From: Octopus bimaculoides
Taxonomy: Eukaryota
Length of the DNA: 50,942 nucleotides
NCBI RefSeq assembly: GCF_001194135.2
Contig: NC_068982.1
Location: 186,247,598 to 186,298,539, forward strand
Direction of reading: 5' to 3'
The notes below the pieces were generated by a model, which was not told the DNA's origin, did no database searches, and saw only the letters and a program-made list of their open reading frames with translations. A program made the position numbers and the translations under genes. This document shows, one piece after another, positions 49,501 to 50,942 of the stretch. The first letter of the stretch is position 1. Each line of letters begins with the position of its first letter.

Positions 49501-49629
49501 CGATATAAAATTACTGGAGTCGATTAATTTGACTAAAATTCTTCAAGGCGGTGCCCCAGCATGGCCGCAGTCATATACCAATTCTATATTTCTGAGAGGA
49601 AGAATTTGTTTCAGTCGGACTTAATATAA

Positions 49630-49972
49630 ACAGCGGCGGAGTTCGAATCGTCGAGGTCATGTTTAATTAGTTAAACAAGTTTTCGTTGGTCAAGTAAGGC
49701 CTTCCTATCTTTTTCTTTGAAGCCTAGACTACTGGGGACTACATGATCATATCTTTTTTCAGCTTTAGCAAATAGGAAAGGCAGCGGGAGCTGTTATTTC
49801 TAGCATTGTAAAAAGGTTGCTGTAGGCGCCGACGAGGTCATGTGATAAGTTTTGATTGGTCAGATTTATTCCTCTTGGTTACATGTGAAGTAATTTGGCG
49901 CCAACTTTAAGAGGTTCCGACAAAGTCAGCTGTGTTTCTCCAACAACATAATCTCGCGGGCTTTTTCTCTGT
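49630..49972 (+). promoter_or_regulatory. Promoter-like region of an unidentified gene with a possible first-exon donor
   Basis: GGTCATGTGA (49836-49845), reverse CCAAT box (49855-49859), E2F-like TTTGGCGCC (49894-49902) and TCTCGCGGG (49952-49960). Donor CT|GTAAGC at 49971 is followed by AT-rich intron-like DNA. Confidence 0.5.
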
Positions 49973-50942
49973 AAGCATTTTTACTCAATTTATTATTTCG
50001 AAATATATATTTATTACGTTTACGTACCATTTCGAAACATTTCTTTTTTGTGTATTTTCCATTTCAAAATATATTTATAATGTTTATTTAACTCTTCAAA
50101 ACATATTTAATTCATTGAACATTCCAAATCATTTCGTTTTAGTATCGCAAATATCCTATTTCGTCCATTTATCATCTCAAAACATTTATTTGACGATCGA
50201 AATAAATAAATTTTAAGATATTTATTTCATTCATTTTACCATCTCAAAATATTTCTGTCTTTAATCACCTCAAAGCTTATTTATTTAAATCTAATATATA
50301 TAAATATTTGCGAACAAATTTACTAGTAAAGTCAACAACCTCCGATACAAATCGGAAGAGACCACATGAAAACGACTTAGTACATTTTATTCACTTTATA
50401 TTATTTTACATAGGTGACTACTAAGATTAATTAAATTGATTTAATTATGGTTTTATGGTTTACTTTAAAGACAGAATAACATTCAGGTATTGCAATCGTA
50501 CTGTGTTAATATTTTGTGCTAATGATGAAGCTTGTAATTACTAAGACTAATTGCCATTTTAATGTATATCTTATAAACAATAAAGCACCGTATTTTAAAA
50601 ACTTTTGAAGATATTCAGTGAATCCAATTTGTCATTTTTTTATGAGCTTCCCTCTGTTTTATATCAGAGGTCTTTGTTTCAGTTAAAAGCTACTTTTGAT
50701 AACACAAGTTTCAGAATTTTGAGAATCTATTTGCTTTGTTTTTCTTTTTTTTTTTCTTTTTTTTTTTTCGATATTTAAGATTTTAATTTTGATCTCGATC
50801 ATTTTTAGTATTCGAAGTTTGTTTCGCGCCATCACTTCCAATATTGGGTACATTATTTCGAAGATGGAATTTTTTTTTTTTTTTTACCTAAAAACGATCG
50901 ATTTCCAACTATTTTGATGGTCAGATTTGTCCAAAACATCAA

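Larger units (their letters stand above)
230..49570. repeat. Family B: tRNA-headed SINE with an internal CA/TA microsatellite
   Basis: Head GGCTGTGTGGTAAG...GGTTCAGTCCCACTGCGTGGCACCTTGGGCAAGTGTC. Approximate copies: 230-400-, 528-850+, 5500-5870-, 15250-15440+, 17540-17715-, 23310-23680+, 23700-24430+, 30840-31190-, 31370-31750-, 37610-37770-, 49260-49570+. Confidence 0.88.

Overview
This is eukaryotic, repeat-rich, AT-rich genomic DNA with six N-gaps. The repeat families look like those of Octopus, which is an inference from repeat content. The one confidently supported protein-coding gene is CARF (calcium-responsive transcription factor, CaRF/ALS2CR8 family) on the minus strand. I reconstructed 12 coding exons by hand (28516 down to 10075). 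All introns are GT-AG, all phases are compatible, and the CDS totals 2250 nt (749 aa plus stop). A probable non-coding first exon and promoter lie near 33.9-34.3 kb. A second promoter-like segment (CCAAT, E-box and E2F motifs) lies near 49.8-50.0 kb, but no coding sequence for it is visible in the window. The rest is a dense mix of SINEs, truncated RTE and CR1 LINEs, Tc1/mariner and hAT MITEs, Helitron/Helentron-type elements, a solo LTR and microsatellites. Four items stand out. (1) A candidate non-circularly permuted hammerhead ribozyme lies on the sense strand of CARF's last intron. (2) A Penelope-like remnant has a terminal repeat joining a tRNA-like Pol III promoter to a minimal hammerhead. 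(3) A 172-bp palindromic element with head-to-head TTAGGG repeats has a 6-bp TSD. (4) A solo LTR sits inside a SINE upstream of an ATG-initiated CARF exon. No databases or folding tools were run. Homology calls come from recognised motifs, and repeat boundaries are approximate unless a TSD is given.
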